Assembly (NCBI GenBank): GCA_030616475.1
Contig: JAUWXF010000002.1
Location: 18-64,017, forward strand
Direction of reading: 5' to 3'
Origin: Desulfobacterales bacterium
GTDB taxonomy: Bacteria > Desulfobacterota > Desulfobacteria > Desulfobacterales > C00003060
Length of the DNA: 64,000 bases
The stretch's first letter is position 1. The number at the start of each line of letters is the position of its first letter. Of this stretch, positions 1 through 8,809 are shown one piece after another. Both the position numbers and the translations under genes were made by a program. The notes below the pieces were generated by a model. That model ran no database searches, was not told the origin of the DNA, and saw nothing but the letters and a program-made list of their open reading frames with translations.

Positions 1-155
1 GAAACCTACATGTGCCCTGAAACCTGAAACCTGAAACCAAAACGGGATAAAGATTTAGGTCCATATAAGAATTAATCTAAGTACGAATTTATTAAGCGAA
101 CGATGAGTTACAATGTTGAACAGGCTCTATTCTTGTGTCTAAACTACTTCCCGTT

Positions 156-605
156 TTAAACTTTTACCTTGCTTATCGTCGTGTGGTTCCGGATGAAATA
201 TTCCAGCTGAGATATCTGGTTGTGCGTCAACTCCCCAAATTGCACACCTCTTCGCCTCATTGTGATGGAACTCAAAGGGATTTCGTTGGTTTTGACATCC
301 GAAATGGTTTCAAAGGGTATCTGGCGCAAATGAAAACTATTGTCGGCCAAAAATATACCTAATTCAAACGATGAGTTTGACTGGCCCTCGTCAGCAATAT
401 AACTGAACGCAAGCCCATGCATGCTCATATCTATAATTTGACCGACTTTAGTAGAATGAGGCCAAGGCGGCGCCCCAAGTACAACAAATGCACTGCCCTG
501 GACCTTGAATCGCTTATGTTTCCTTCGCTCGACCATCTCTTTTCTCTTGCCATGACACAAGTTTCGCACCGGAGAGGCAACCTTCTCCGGATATCTAACA
601 ACCAC
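156..605 (-). CDS. PilZ domain-containing protein
   Basis: 149-aa ORF. RRKHKRF followed by DMSMHGLAF fits the RxxxR ... D-x-S-x-x-G c-di-GMP-binding signature of PilZ domains (recognised from memory). Confidence 0.6.
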   Translation of the reverse strand: MVVRYPEKVASPVRNLCHGKRKEMVERRKHKRFKVQGSAFVVLGAPPWPHSTKVGQIIDMSMHGLAFSYIADEGQSNSSFELGIFLADNSFHLRQIPFETISDVKTNEIPLSSITMRRRGVQFGELTHNQISQLEYFIRNHTTISKVKV

Positions 606-847
606 CTTGACCGTGCATTGACTTGCCTCACTGGTCGATAGATTTACGTGTAGAGTAAACTACAATATCTTCGCATTATGCAAAAATCATGCAACATCAA
701 GCTGTTAGGGTATTTATCTTTTCTTCCCAACGAGTTAGCCCGTAACGCACCAGGAAACAGACCCCGGATATTGCGTAATCAAGTTCACACATTGTGAAAA
801 AAAATGCCACTTTTGAGCAACAGAATGCAGAAACCAAACAGAACGGT

Positions 848-934
848 TGGTGCCGAAGGGGAGACTCGAACTCCCACGGGCATACACCCACTAGACCCTG
901 AACCTAGCGCGTCTACCAGTTCCGCCACTTCGGC
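848..934 (-). tRNA. tRNA-Leu (anticodon CAG)
   Basis: The reverse complement reads GCCGAAGTGGCGGAACTGGTAGACGCGCTAGGTTCAGGGTCTAGTGGGTGTATGCCCGTGGGAGTTCGAGTCTCCCCTTCGGCACCA. It has a 7-bp acceptor stem, anticodon loop TTCAGGG, a long variable arm, a T-loop and an encoded CCA. The layout is very close to E. coli tRNA-Leu(CAG). Confidence 0.9.
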
Positions 935-964
935 AGATCGGAAGGCAGAAAAAGGATTGATTTT

Positions 965-1960
965 ATGCTGAGAATGCATTACATAAAATCTTTTAAATCA
1001 TTTGTCAAGGCCAACGTAAAGGGATTGAGCATGCAGATTATTAAGGATATTAGCGAAATTTCTAATACATTAAAGAATGCCGTTGTGACCATTGGCAACT
1101 TTGACGGGGTTCACATAGGGCACCAGGCACTTTTTAATCAGGTCATTGAAAAGGCGGAAAGCATAGACGGCACCTCTGTCGTAATAACGTTTGAGCCACA
1201 TCCCATCCGGGTCATCACTTCCAACAAGCACTTCCCACTCATAACCCTTTATGAGCAAAAGGTCGAATTGATAGGTGCAACAGGCGTGGACACCCTGATA
1301 TGCATTCCGTTTACCCGTGAGTTTGCGGCCACGCCTGCTCGCACTTTTGTCAAAGAAATACTGTGTGACCTGATTGGCATGAAAGCGATTGTCGTGGGCC
1401 AGGATTACTCCTTTGGGAGAGAGCGTGAGGGAGACATCTCCCTGCTCAAGGAAATGGCTGAACCCCATGGTTTTGAGGTGATCATCTCAGGATGGATTGA
1501 ACTTGAAAGCGGTCGCATTAGCAGCACCGAGATCCGAAACCTGGTAAGAGATGGCAGGGTTGATGAGGCTAAGAAACTATTAGGGCGCCATTATCAGGTG
1601 AGAGGGACCGTTATCCGTGGCCGCGATCGAGGAGCAAGGTTGTTGGGTTTTCCCACGGCAAACCTGACGCTGTACGATGAACTCTGTCCCAAGACAGGGG
1701 TATACGCCGTAACCGTGGAACACGATAACACCCTTTACAAAGGCGTGGCCAATATTGGATACAGCCCTACTTTTCAGGAGGGTCAGTTCGGTGTGGAGGT
1801 TCACATCTTTGATTTTGACAAGTCAATCTATGACCAACCCATCCGCCTGAATTTTGTCCGCCGCCTGAGAGACGAAAAGAAGTTTTCAGGACCTGAATCC
1901 TTAGCAGCTCAGATCAGCTACGATATTGAAAAGGCCCGGGAGATCCTGTCCGGCGAATGA
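965..1960 (+). CDS. ribF: bifunctional riboflavin kinase / FMN adenylyltransferase
   Basis: 331-aa ORF with the GNFDGVHIGHQ nucleotidyltransferase motif and a C-terminal riboflavin-kinase region (GFPTANL). The true start may be the internal ATG at 1031 (MQIIKD). Confidence 0.9.
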   Translation: MLRMHYIKSFKSFVKANVKGLSMQIIKDISEISNTLKNAVVTIGNFDGVHIGHQALFNQVIEKAESIDGTSVVITFEPHPIRVITSNKHFPLITLYEQKVELIGATGVDTLICIPFTREFAATPARTFVKEILCDLIGMKAIVVGQDYSFGREREGDISLLKEMAEPHGFEVIISGWIELESGRISSTEIRNLVRDGRVDEAKKLLGRHYQVRGTVIRGRDRGARLLGFPTANLTLYDELCPKTGVYAVTVEHDNTLYKGVANIGYSPTFQEGQFGVEVHIFDFDKSIYDQPIRLNFVRRLRDEKKFSGPESLAAQISYDIEKAREILSGE

Positions 1961-2040
1961 TTGGGTGCGAAGCCCAAAGAACTTAGCTCCGCTTCGCTCC
2001 CTCCGGGGCGTAGGCCCTACGGGCCGGAGGCCGCAATTCG

Positions 2041-2110
2041 TCGAGTGGTTGATTAGTTGAGTGGTTCAAGGACCCTTACAACTCAACGACTCGACTATTT
2101 AACCACTCGA
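2041..2110. repeat. intergenic hairpin built from repeated words (GAGTGGTT / GTTGAGT and their complements)
   Basis: tcgagtggttgattagttgagtggtt ... acaactcaacgactcgactatttaaccactcga. The arms are imperfect inverted copies made of reiterated short words. Confidence 0.75.
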
Positions 2111-2223
2111 CCAAAGTCGCAGGAATTTCGATAAGTTGTAGAAATTACGAGACGTTCAAAGGTAATATCAGACGCCTTTCATTTTGGATCTTGACGGCAC
2201 CGGTCGGTCTCAGGAGAGGCTTG

Positions 2224-2306
2224 AAATCCGCAATCCCTGGCCCAGACCTGGACTGTAGGCTATGTGTCTATGAATATAAACAGAGCGCCAGGGCGGGCCG
2301 CAATCC
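2224..2306. repeat. GC-rich intergenic repeat modules (AATCCGCAATCC, CTGGCCCAGACC, GCGCCAGGGCGGGC)
   Basis: The same modules recur at 6893-6950, 45950-46236 and 47990-48005. Confidence 0.7.
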
Positions 2307-2317
2307 TATAAGACGCT

Positions 2318-3505
2318 ATGCCCGGGAACAAAAAAATCATGCTATCTCTGATAGTAGGGCTTTTGCTGTCTGGTATTGCCCTTTATCTCACCTTCAAGAA
2401 TGTTCCGCTTCCGGCGCTGATGGGCTATTTGAGAACCGTAAATTACTGGTGGGTAATCCCTGCGGTGGCGATTGCACTGATGAGTTTTTTGATCAGGGTT
2501 GTCAGGTGGCAGCTTCTCCTCAGTCCGTTCAAGAAAACAGGCTTTTTGAGCGCTTACCACCCTCTTATGATCGGATTCATGATCAATTGCCTTTTGCCCG
2601 GCCGGGTAGGAGAACTGGCCCGGCCGGCTATTTTTTGCAAAAAGGAAAGGGTTCCGTTTTCCAGGGTACTCGCTACAGTGGGCGCTGAAAGGGTCTTTGA
2701 TGTAGTCGTGCTGCTCCTTTCTTTTGTCATTGTCCTCGCCAGTGTTGAAATCAGCCCAACCCTTGATCTGACCTTCGGCAACTATCATCTTAACAAGGCC
2801 ACCCTTGAGACGATCGGCATGACAACCCTGCAACTTTGCCTTGCACTGATTGCATGCATGGCCCTGGTGAGTATCAGACAGAGTCGCGGGTTCATAACAC
2901 GCACTATCCTGAGCCTGCCGGAGCTCCTCTTTTTTGCTGGCAGCCCCTTTAAAGAGAAGATCAGGGAGAAGCTTTTCGTAAGGCTCACCCATATTATCGA
3001 CAACGTGGCCACCGGGCTTGACCTGCTGAAGAGCCCCAAGAAGGTTGGCCTTTGCCTTGGTCTTTCGTTCCTGGTGTGGGCAGTGGCCGGGATTTCTTAT
3101 TACGTCATGAGTTTCGGCTGTCCAGGAATTGAGCTCTCTTTTTTTGAAATATATGCGACGATGGTCATCCTTTGCTTCTTTATTTCGCTCCCCTCTGCCC
3201 CGGGTTTCTGGGGCCTCTGGGAAGCTGGGGGGGTGTTTGGGCTTTTGATCTTTGGTGTCTCCGCCAAAGAGGCCGCAGGATTTACCCTGGCCAATCATGT
3301 CATTCAAATGGTTCCTGTGATCATCATAGGTCTTATTTCATCGATTATTACTGGCGTCAATGTCGTGCAGGTAGCCTACACCAATATTGAGGATCGGCCC
3401 CTGGAAAAAGGTGCCCGGGTCGAGATGAACAAGGGCGTTTACACGGACGAGGTGCCCCATGAATATCTTGAAGACTTTGGACCTCACGGAAAGTCCATGG
3501 ATTAG
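2318..3505 (+). CDS. multi-pass membrane protein, UPF0104 / lysylphosphatidylglycerol-synthase transmembrane-region-like
   Basis: 395-aa ORF with many hydrophobic segments. The N-terminal layout (KK..LSLIVGLLLSGIALYL, RVVRWQLLL) resembles flippase-like UPF0104 proteins. The family assignment is from memory. Confidence 0.55.
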   Translation: MPGNKKIMLSLIVGLLLSGIALYLTFKNVPLPALMGYLRTVNYWWVIPAVAIALMSFLIRVVRWQLLLSPFKKTGFLSAYHPLMIGFMINCLLPGRVGELARPAIFCKKERVPFSRVLATVGAERVFDVVVLLLSFVIVLASVEISPTLDLTFGNYHLNKATLETIGMTTLQLCLALIACMALVSIRQSRGFITRTILSLPELLFFAGSPFKEKIREKLFVRLTHIIDNVATGLDLLKSPKKVGLCLGLSFLVWAVAGISYYVMSFGCPGIELSFFEIYATMVILCFFISLPSAPGFWGLWEAGGVFGLLIFGVSAKEAAGFTLANHVIQMVPVIIIGLISSIITGVNVVQVAYTNIEDRPLEKGARVEMNKGVYTDEVPHEYLEDFGPHGKSMD

Positions 3506-4007
3506 GCCAAGAAGGGTTGTTTATGAAAACGACAAAGGGCAGGTGCTGAACTGGGATTATATTGAGCGTGTTAATGCCCGCAGCTCGGTCCTTATCATGC
3601 CCCGGTTCAAGGAATCAGGGGACCTGATCTTCATCAGACAATACAGGGTTATCTTTGATTGCTGCGTGATTGGCTTTCCTGCAGGCGTTGTCTCAGATGG
3701 TGAGGATGTCGAGAAGTGCGCCATTCGAGAACTTATGGAAGAGACCGGCTACGAGGGAAGAGTCGTACAGATTTCGCCCGAGTTAACACTCAACAGTGCC
3801 CTGATTAAGGAGACAGCATCCTGCGCGGTCGTTGAACTGGAGGAGGATGCCGTTCCAAAGGGACAGAAACTCGAGCCTTCTGAACAGATTGAAGTTCACC
3901 GGGTGAAAAAGGATCAACTGGGAGCCTTCTTCGAGCAGGCAGCCGCAAAGGGGGATATCATAGGCGCCGGGCCGTGGTACATGTTAATGGCGACTCAATA
4001 CCTATAG
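3459..4007 (+). CDS. NUDIX hydrolase (ADP-ribose pyrophosphatase-like)
   Basis: 182-aa ORF with a Nudix box, GFPAGVVSDGEDVEKCAIRELMEETGY (GX5EX7REUXEEXGU pattern). Confidence 0.8.
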   Translation: MNILKTLDLTESPWIRPRRVVYENDKGQVLNWDYIERVNARSSVLIMPRFKESGDLIFIRQYRVIFDCCVIGFPAGVVSDGEDVEKCAIRELMEETGYEGRVVQISPELTLNSALIKETASCAVVELEEDAVPKGQKLEPSEQIEVHRVKKDQLGAFFEQAAAKGDIIGAGPWYMLMATQYL

Positions 4008-4051
4008 ATTTTAAGATAATGCTCTTGGATAAATGGCCGTGTGTCTTTCAG

Positions 4052-4146
4052 AGGAATCTTTAAGGAATTAAGGAATTGAGGGATTGAGGGATTGAAGACA
4101 CCACCCGTTTTAATTCCTAAATTCCTAAATTCCTAAATCCCAAAAT
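4052..4146. repeat. hairpin of tandem heptamers (AGGAATT / GGGATTG arm versus AATTCCT arm)
   Basis: aggaatctttaaggaattaaggaattgagggattgagggattgaag ... ttaattcctaaattcctaaattcctaaatccc. A sister copy lies at 41562-41630. Confidence 0.85.
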
Positions 4147-4166
4147 TAAGGGCCTAAATAGTATTT

Positions 4167-5105
4167 ATGACCTCCTACCGCATCATATTCCTGGGTACCC
4201 CGGATTTTTCGGTGCCGACCTTAAAGGCCCTGCATGAAAACCAATATGAGGTCCTTACCGTGGTTACACAGCCGGACCGGCCAAAAGGGCGTGGACGTCG
4301 TCTGGTTCCCCCTCCGGTCAAGGAGGTTGCCGGCACATTGGGCTATCCGGTGCTGCAGCCTCTCAGGATTAAGGAACCCTGGTTTATCGAAAAAATCATA
4401 GCCCTGGATCCGGACGTTTTTGTGGTGGTCGCCTACGGCCGTATCTTGCCGGGGTCTTTCCTGTCGATTCCCCATCTTGGGGCGATCAACATCCATCCCT
4501 CACTTCTCCCCAGATACCGAGGGCCTGCGCCAATCCAGTGGGCCATTATCAACGGAGAGCAAGAGACCGGGGTCACGACCATGTGGATGGATGAGGGGAT
4601 GGACACAGGAGACATTCTGCTGAGCTCTAAGGTCGCGATCAGGCCGGACGACACCTCCGGGAGTCTTCACCGCCTGCTGGCTGAGGTCGGGGCGCAGCTT
4701 TTGATCGAAACGTTGACCCGGCTCAAGTCCGGGAACCTTGTGGGTCAACCCCAGGACAAGTCGGGTGCCACTTATGGACCTTTACTGAAAAAGGAAGACG
4801 GGCGCATAGACTGGACCACGGATGCTGAATCATTGGATGCCCTTGTTAGAGGGATGAACCCCTGGCCCGGGGCCTTTACATTTCTCTCCGGCAAGAGGCT
4901 CAAGGTATTGAAGGCCAAAGACCTTCAGAAGCGAGCCAAGGAAAAGCCAGGCACTGTTTTGGAAGGATTTTTAGGGGACTTCGATGTGGCGACCGGCCGG
5001 GGCATATTGGCGCTGAAGGAGGTTCAGCTTGAATCTGCAAAACGCCTTCCGGTGAGAGATTTCTTAAGAGGCTGTCCTGTGCCGGCCGGCACACTCCTTG
5101 GATAG
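4167..5105 (+). CDS. fmt: methionyl-tRNA formyltransferase
   Basis: 312-aa ORF. It has the typical N-terminus RIIFLGTPDFSVPTLKAL, the HPSLLPRYRG motif and a C-terminal OB-like domain. It precedes rsmB, as in many bacteria. Confidence 0.95.
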   Translation: MTSYRIIFLGTPDFSVPTLKALHENQYEVLTVVTQPDRPKGRGRRLVPPPVKEVAGTLGYPVLQPLRIKEPWFIEKIIALDPDVFVVVAYGRILPGSFLSIPHLGAINIHPSLLPRYRGPAPIQWAIINGEQETGVTTMWMDEGMDTGDILLSSKVAIRPDDTSGSLHRLLAEVGAQLLIETLTRLKSGNLVGQPQDKSGATYGPLLKKEDGRIDWTTDAESLDALVRGMNPWPGAFTFLSGKRLKVLKAKDLQKRAKEKPGTVLEGFLGDFDVATGRGILALKEVQLESAKRLPVRDFLRGCPVPAGTLLG

Positions 5106-6495
5106 CTGGGCCATGGTAGCCGTTTCCCGTCGTATTGCCCTTTCTGTCTTGAACGGCCTGGATGACTCAAATGCTTTCCCGGAGCGTCTCCTTCACACAG
5201 CCTTTGAACGAGAGCCACAGCTCATCAGGAAAGACCGGGCCCTGGCCACTGAGCTGGTCTATGGTGTGCTTCGGTGGCGGAGCCGCCTTGACTGGGTGAT
5301 CTGCCAGCTTTCAAAGACCCCTGTCCACAAGATAGACCGATATGTGCTAAACATAATCCGGCTGGGCCTCTATCAAATCCTTTTCCATTCCCGTATTCCT
5401 CCATCTGCTGCGGTAAACGATTCTGTTGAAATGGCCAAGGGGAGAGCACCATTGTGGGTGGTGCGTTTTGTCAATGGTGTGATGCGATCTGCGGTGCGGA
5501 GAGCAAAAGAGATTCCCCTGCCGGGTTATGCTGATGATCCGGTTCAAGCCATTGCCATAGGAGAATCACACCCTTTGTGGCTGGTCAAACGATGGGTGGA
5601 GCGTCTGGGGGTAGAAGAGACTCGAAGAGTGTGTAAGGCGAACAATCAGGTCCCTTCCGTGACAGTTCGGGCCAATACCCTCAAAGTTAGCAGACGGGAA
5701 CTGCTCAACTCATTGAGAGACTACGTCAGGCAAATTACACCAACCAGATTTGCCCCGGATGGGCTGTCCCTCAGAGGATTGAGACACGGCGTTGCCGACA
5801 TCCCTTCATTCAAGGATGGCTGGTTTCAGGTCCAGGATGAGGCTGCGCAACTCATCACTCATCTGCTAGATCCAAGACCGGGTGAAACAGTCCTGGATGC
5901 CTGTGCCGGATTCGGCGGCAAGACAGGCCACATTGCACAGCTTATGAAGGATAGAGGCAAGATCAAAGCAATGGAGAACCGGTCATGGAAATTGCACCGG
6001 CTCAAGACATCATTGGCGCTCCTTGGTATCTCCGCGGTGACCACGTGGCACCATGACCTGCCAGAGCCGGTTCCTGTTGGATACTTTGGTACCTTTGACC
6101 GGATTTTGCTTGACGCGCCCTGTTCGGGTCTTGGTGTGCTCCGGAGGAATCCGGACGCCAAATGGAAGAAAACTGAGGCGGATCTCACAAGGCTTCGGGC
6201 CAGTCAACTACGCTTCCTTGGCTCCCTTGCTCCCTTACTCAAAAGAGGTGGACGACTGGTCTACTGTGTGTGTAGTCTTGAGCCTGAGGAAAGCGAATAC
6301 GTGGTGGAAGACTTTTTGAAGAATCAAGGCCAATTTGTTATAGATCGAGCACCCGTTGGGCTCTTGGATGTGGATGAACGTCTGATGGACAGCTCGGGCT
6401 TTTTCAGAAGCTTACCTCATGAGCACGACATGGACGGATTCTTTGCAGTACGTCTGAAAAGAACCAATAGTCGTCCATATAAGGTAAGATCTTGA
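5098..6495 (+). CDS. rsmB: 16S rRNA (cytosine-C5)-methyltransferase RsmB/Sun
   Basis: 465-aa ORF with an N-terminal NusB-like region and a C-terminal AdoMet methyltransferase (DACAGFGGKT, DAPCSGLGV). The track start is TTG. The ATG at 5113 is an alternative start. Confidence 0.9.
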   Translation: MDSWAMVAVSRRIALSVLNGLDDSNAFPERLLHTAFEREPQLIRKDRALATELVYGVLRWRSRLDWVICQLSKTPVHKIDRYVLNIIRLGLYQILFHSRIPPSAAVNDSVEMAKGRAPLWVVRFVNGVMRSAVRRAKEIPLPGYADDPVQAIAIGESHPLWLVKRWVERLGVEETRRVCKANNQVPSVTVRANTLKVSRRELLNSLRDYVRQITPTRFAPDGLSLRGLRHGVADIPSFKDGWFQVQDEAAQLITHLLDPRPGETVLDACAGFGGKTGHIAQLMKDRGKIKAMENRSWKLHRLKTSLALLGISAVTTWHHDLPEPVPVGYFGTFDRILLDAPCSGLGVLRRNPDAKWKKTEADLTRLRASQLRFLGSLAPLLKRGGRLVYCVCSLEPEESEYVVEDFLKNQGQFVIDRAPVGLLDVDERLMDSSGFFRSLPHEHDMDGFFAVRLKRTNSRPYKVRS

Positions 6496-6542
6496 AATTT
6501 ATGTCAAGTTTTGCAGTTAAATCAATCTCTGCTGATTTAAAA

Positions 6543-6571
6543 TTCGAAACTCGAAATTCGAAACTCGAAAC
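6543..6571. repeat. tandem heptamer TCGAAAY x4
   Basis: ttcgaaactcgaaattcgaaactcgaaac. It forms the left outer arm of the composite element 6539-6866. Confidence 0.85.
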
Positions 6572-6712
6572 AATACCGAAATTCAAATGTTCAAAATTCG
6601 AAACATCTCAAATGCTTACTTGGTGTGGGGCAAGGCTTTTTGTTTTAGAACATTGAGATTCTGGTCATTAGAATTTGTTTGCGGCTTACGCCTTGAGAAC
6701 AGTACGGATTTC

Positions 6713-6847
6713 GACCTGCCCGCCATTGCCAGAGACCTGCCCGCCATTGCCACGCATGCTGGCATTGAAGCTGCCCGCTGTGCCTGGCGAAGGCAGGCGG
6801 GTGCCGGCACATAAGCTGAATGCTGTCTCAGGCGTTGGCAGGCGGGT
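6713..6847 (+). repeat. GC-rich CTGCCCGCC element, copy A
   Basis: gacctgcccgccattgccagagacctgcccgccattgcc ... ggcaggcgggtgccggcacataagctgaatgctgtctcaggcgttggcaggcgggt. It is nearly identical to 34998-35132. Confidence 0.9.
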
Positions 6848-6976
6848 ATTCGATATTCGTATTTTCTTATTGGCTTCGTGCCTCGTCGGCCCGCCCTGGC
6901 GCGACACGCTGGCGAGAGGCTATCACGCTCCCCAACCAGGTCTGGGCCAGGGTTTGAGGCGAAGCTTCGCTAGAAT

Positions 6977-7960
6977 ATGAGACCTTTCTTAAAAATAGCG
7001 GTCCTGTTTTGCGTTTTTTTAGGGGTTGCAGGGATCAGCGGATATCTTACCCTGAGGTTTATTATAAAAAGCGAAGATACGGTGATTGTCCCAGAGCTTG
7101 TGGGAAAAGACGTAGTATACACCCTGGACATTCTCACCGATCTGGGACTCAACACCAAGGTGAGTGGCTTCGAATACAGGGCTGACGTGCCGAAAAACCA
7201 TGTGGCATACCAGGAGCCAGGACCCGGTAGTGAAGTCAAGAGAAATCGTGATGTTCGCATCATCATCTCGAAAGGGCCAAAGACCTTGGTGGTGCCGGAT
7301 CTTATCGGGATGGATATCCGGCAGGGATATATCATTATGGAAGAAAACGGCCTGTCGCGAGGTGTTTTGTCCCGCACCTTCAACGAACGGGTTTCTACAG
7401 ATGGGATCATAAGCCAGATGCCGCCCTCCGGTACAGTTGTCACGCGGGGTGATTCCATCGACCTGCTGGTCAGCCTTGGCAGACGGCCCGTAACTTATAA
7501 GATGCCCTATCTGGACGGCCTGGTCCTGGAAGATGCTATCTTCATCTTGGAGCGTGCGCACCTTGGGCTTGGTCAAATACGATCTGTTCAAAGAGACGAC
7601 TTGCCGAAGGATGTAGTGGTGGAGCAAGACCCCCGATCCGGCTACCAGGTGGCTTCAGGGACTCTGGTGAATCTGACCCTCAACCGGGCAGCAAAGGGCC
7701 CGATTCTTGATCAGGGGCTAAGCCTGTTTCATCATCGTGTGCGTGAGGGATTCTTGAAAAAGCAGATCCGGATTCGCGTCAATGCCTTTGGTATGTTCTA
7801 TGACTTCCTTGATGCTTTTGTGCGTCCTGGAGAACACATCTGGTTCTTGGCCCCACAAGATTCTGAGACCACGGTCTTCGTGTACCAGGATGGCGAACTT
7901 GTCTTGAGTCATTCTTTTTCCTCCACTTCTGTTGCGGGTTTTTCTCTGAGGTTGAAATAG
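6977..7960 (+). CDS. PASTA domain-containing membrane-anchored protein
   Basis: 327-aa ORF with an N-terminal TM helix and three PASTA-like repeats (VIVPELVGKD..., LVVPDLIGMD..., YKMPYLDGLV...). Confidence 0.75.
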   Translation: MRPFLKIAVLFCVFLGVAGISGYLTLRFIIKSEDTVIVPELVGKDVVYTLDILTDLGLNTKVSGFEYRADVPKNHVAYQEPGPGSEVKRNRDVRIIISKGPKTLVVPDLIGMDIRQGYIIMEENGLSRGVLSRTFNERVSTDGIISQMPPSGTVVTRGDSIDLLVSLGRRPVTYKMPYLDGLVLEDAIFILERAHLGLGQIRSVQRDDLPKDVVVEQDPRSGYQVASGTLVNLTLNRAAKGPILDQGLSLFHHRVREGFLKKQIRIRVNAFGMFYDFLDAFVRPGEHIWFLAPQDSETTVFVYQDGELVLSHSFSSTSVAGFSLRLK

Positions 7961-7989
7961 TTGACAACATGTCTTAATTGTTATAAATA
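7961..7989 (+). promoter_or_regulatory. candidate sigma70-type promoter
   Basis: TTGACA at 7961-7966 is followed 15-17 nt later by ttataaata (TATAAA/TAAATA). It sits immediately after the PASTA gene stop, at the left edge of the AT-rich segment. Confidence 0.3.
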
Positions 7990-8164
7990 TCGAGAACCGT
8001 GGGTTGACCGGCCCACCAGCCGGAGGCCCGTCCGTCAGGGCGGGGTTACGGGGAACTATCAATAACGTTTATCTTCCATACCGGGCGGCTAAGCCAGCGA
8101 AGCATCCCTCCTTCTTCACGCCCGGCAGGCTTTACGACGGGGTTTAGCCCCAAGGACGTAGGCC

Positions 8165-8296
8165 GTGAGCATTATCAGACATGATTCGGATGATATAGTC
8201 GTTTCATCTCGATATGATCCCTACCATGTAACCAAGATCAAAGCGATTAAGGGAGACCGATGGCATCCACCACATAGCTTTGGAGCAGCTTCTTGA
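8165..8296 (+). pseudogene. possible relic of a tyrosine-recombinase N-terminus
   Basis: This frame reads VSIIRHDSDDIVVSSRYDPYHVTKIKAIKGDRWHPPHSFGAAS*. The Y-D-P-x5-IK-x-I-x-G-x-R-W-H-P pattern resembles the N-terminal extension of some XerC/D- or integron-type integrases (from memory). A +1 shift continues as HIALEQLLEDP. No catalytic domain follows. Confidence 0.3.
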
Positions 8297-8611
8297 AGAC
8301 CCTTGAAAAGGTTTCTAGTTTTCCGAGGCTGGCAATTCCATGAGCTTGCTAATGATCGCAAAAATAGCCCCCTGGCGGCCTCACGGCCTAAAACAAAAAA
8401 AGCCTGAAGTCCCCGGCATAGGCAACTACCCCAAAGCCTCACAACTAAGGTATCTTCAATCCCTCAATGTATTGTTATGGGTTTCATTTGCGTATGGTTT
8501 GGGGAAACCCTTTGCCATAAAAAAGGCCTATATGTTTGCATATAGCCCAATTTGTTTATAATGTAAGAAAAAAGTTGCAAATCCGCTCAAGAAAGTTTAA
8601 TAGCCAGAGGC

Positions 8612-8788
8612 ATGAAGGTGGCTGTAAACATCAGAATGCCAGAAGACATGAAAAGGGTCCTTGACAAAATTGCTGGCAGTGAATTTCGGTCTCTCAATAG
8701 TCTGATCCTACAACTCTTGGATGAGCAGCTTGAATCCAAAGGTATCGATTGGCGCAAGGGAGCTGAAGAAAAAGAACCCAAGAAATAA
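8612..8788 (+). CDS. ribbon-helix-helix (CopG/Arc-like) small DNA-binding protein
   Basis: This 58-aa ORF is below the track cutoff: MKVAVNIRMPEDMKRVLDKIAGSEFRSLNSLILQLLDEQLESKGIDWRKGAEEKEPKK. The beta-strand then two-helix pattern is typical of RHH proteins. The GTG at 8618 is better spaced from AGAGG. It ends 21 nt upstream of the next gene. Confidence 0.6.
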   Translation: MKVAVNIRMPEDMKRVLDKIAGSEFRSLNSLILQLLDEQLESKGIDWRKGAEEKEPKK

Positions 8789-8809
8789 CCTTACTAAAGG
8801 GTGCCGTGA

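Noticed and set aside
2342-3307. 321-aa ORF on the minus strand
   Set aside because: It lies entirely antisense to the well-supported membrane-protein gene 2318-3505. Its composition is low-complexity and charge-rich, and I recognise no motif. It is a shadow ORF.
6587-6980. ORFs of 64-101 aa across 6587-6980 on both strands
   Set aside because: They are read through the word repeats and the CTGCCCGCC element. The same pseudo-peptides (CPPLPETCPPLP..., GRRVPAHKLNAVSGVGRRV) reappear wherever the repeat occurs, for example at 34963-35181. They are repeat artefacts.
7019-7627. 202-aa minus-strand ORF
   Set aside because: It is antisense to the PASTA-domain gene and has no motifs. It is a shadow ORF.
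7990-8160. Structured housekeeping ncRNA (RNase P, SRP, 6S, tmRNA) or group II intron downstream of the strong promoter-like element
   Set aside because: I could not find any signature motif. There is no GGAAAGTCCGGGC for RNase P and no GGAAGCAGCC for SRP. There is no tRNA-like end for tmRNA and no domain V for a group II intron. The region stays unexplained GC-rich sequence.
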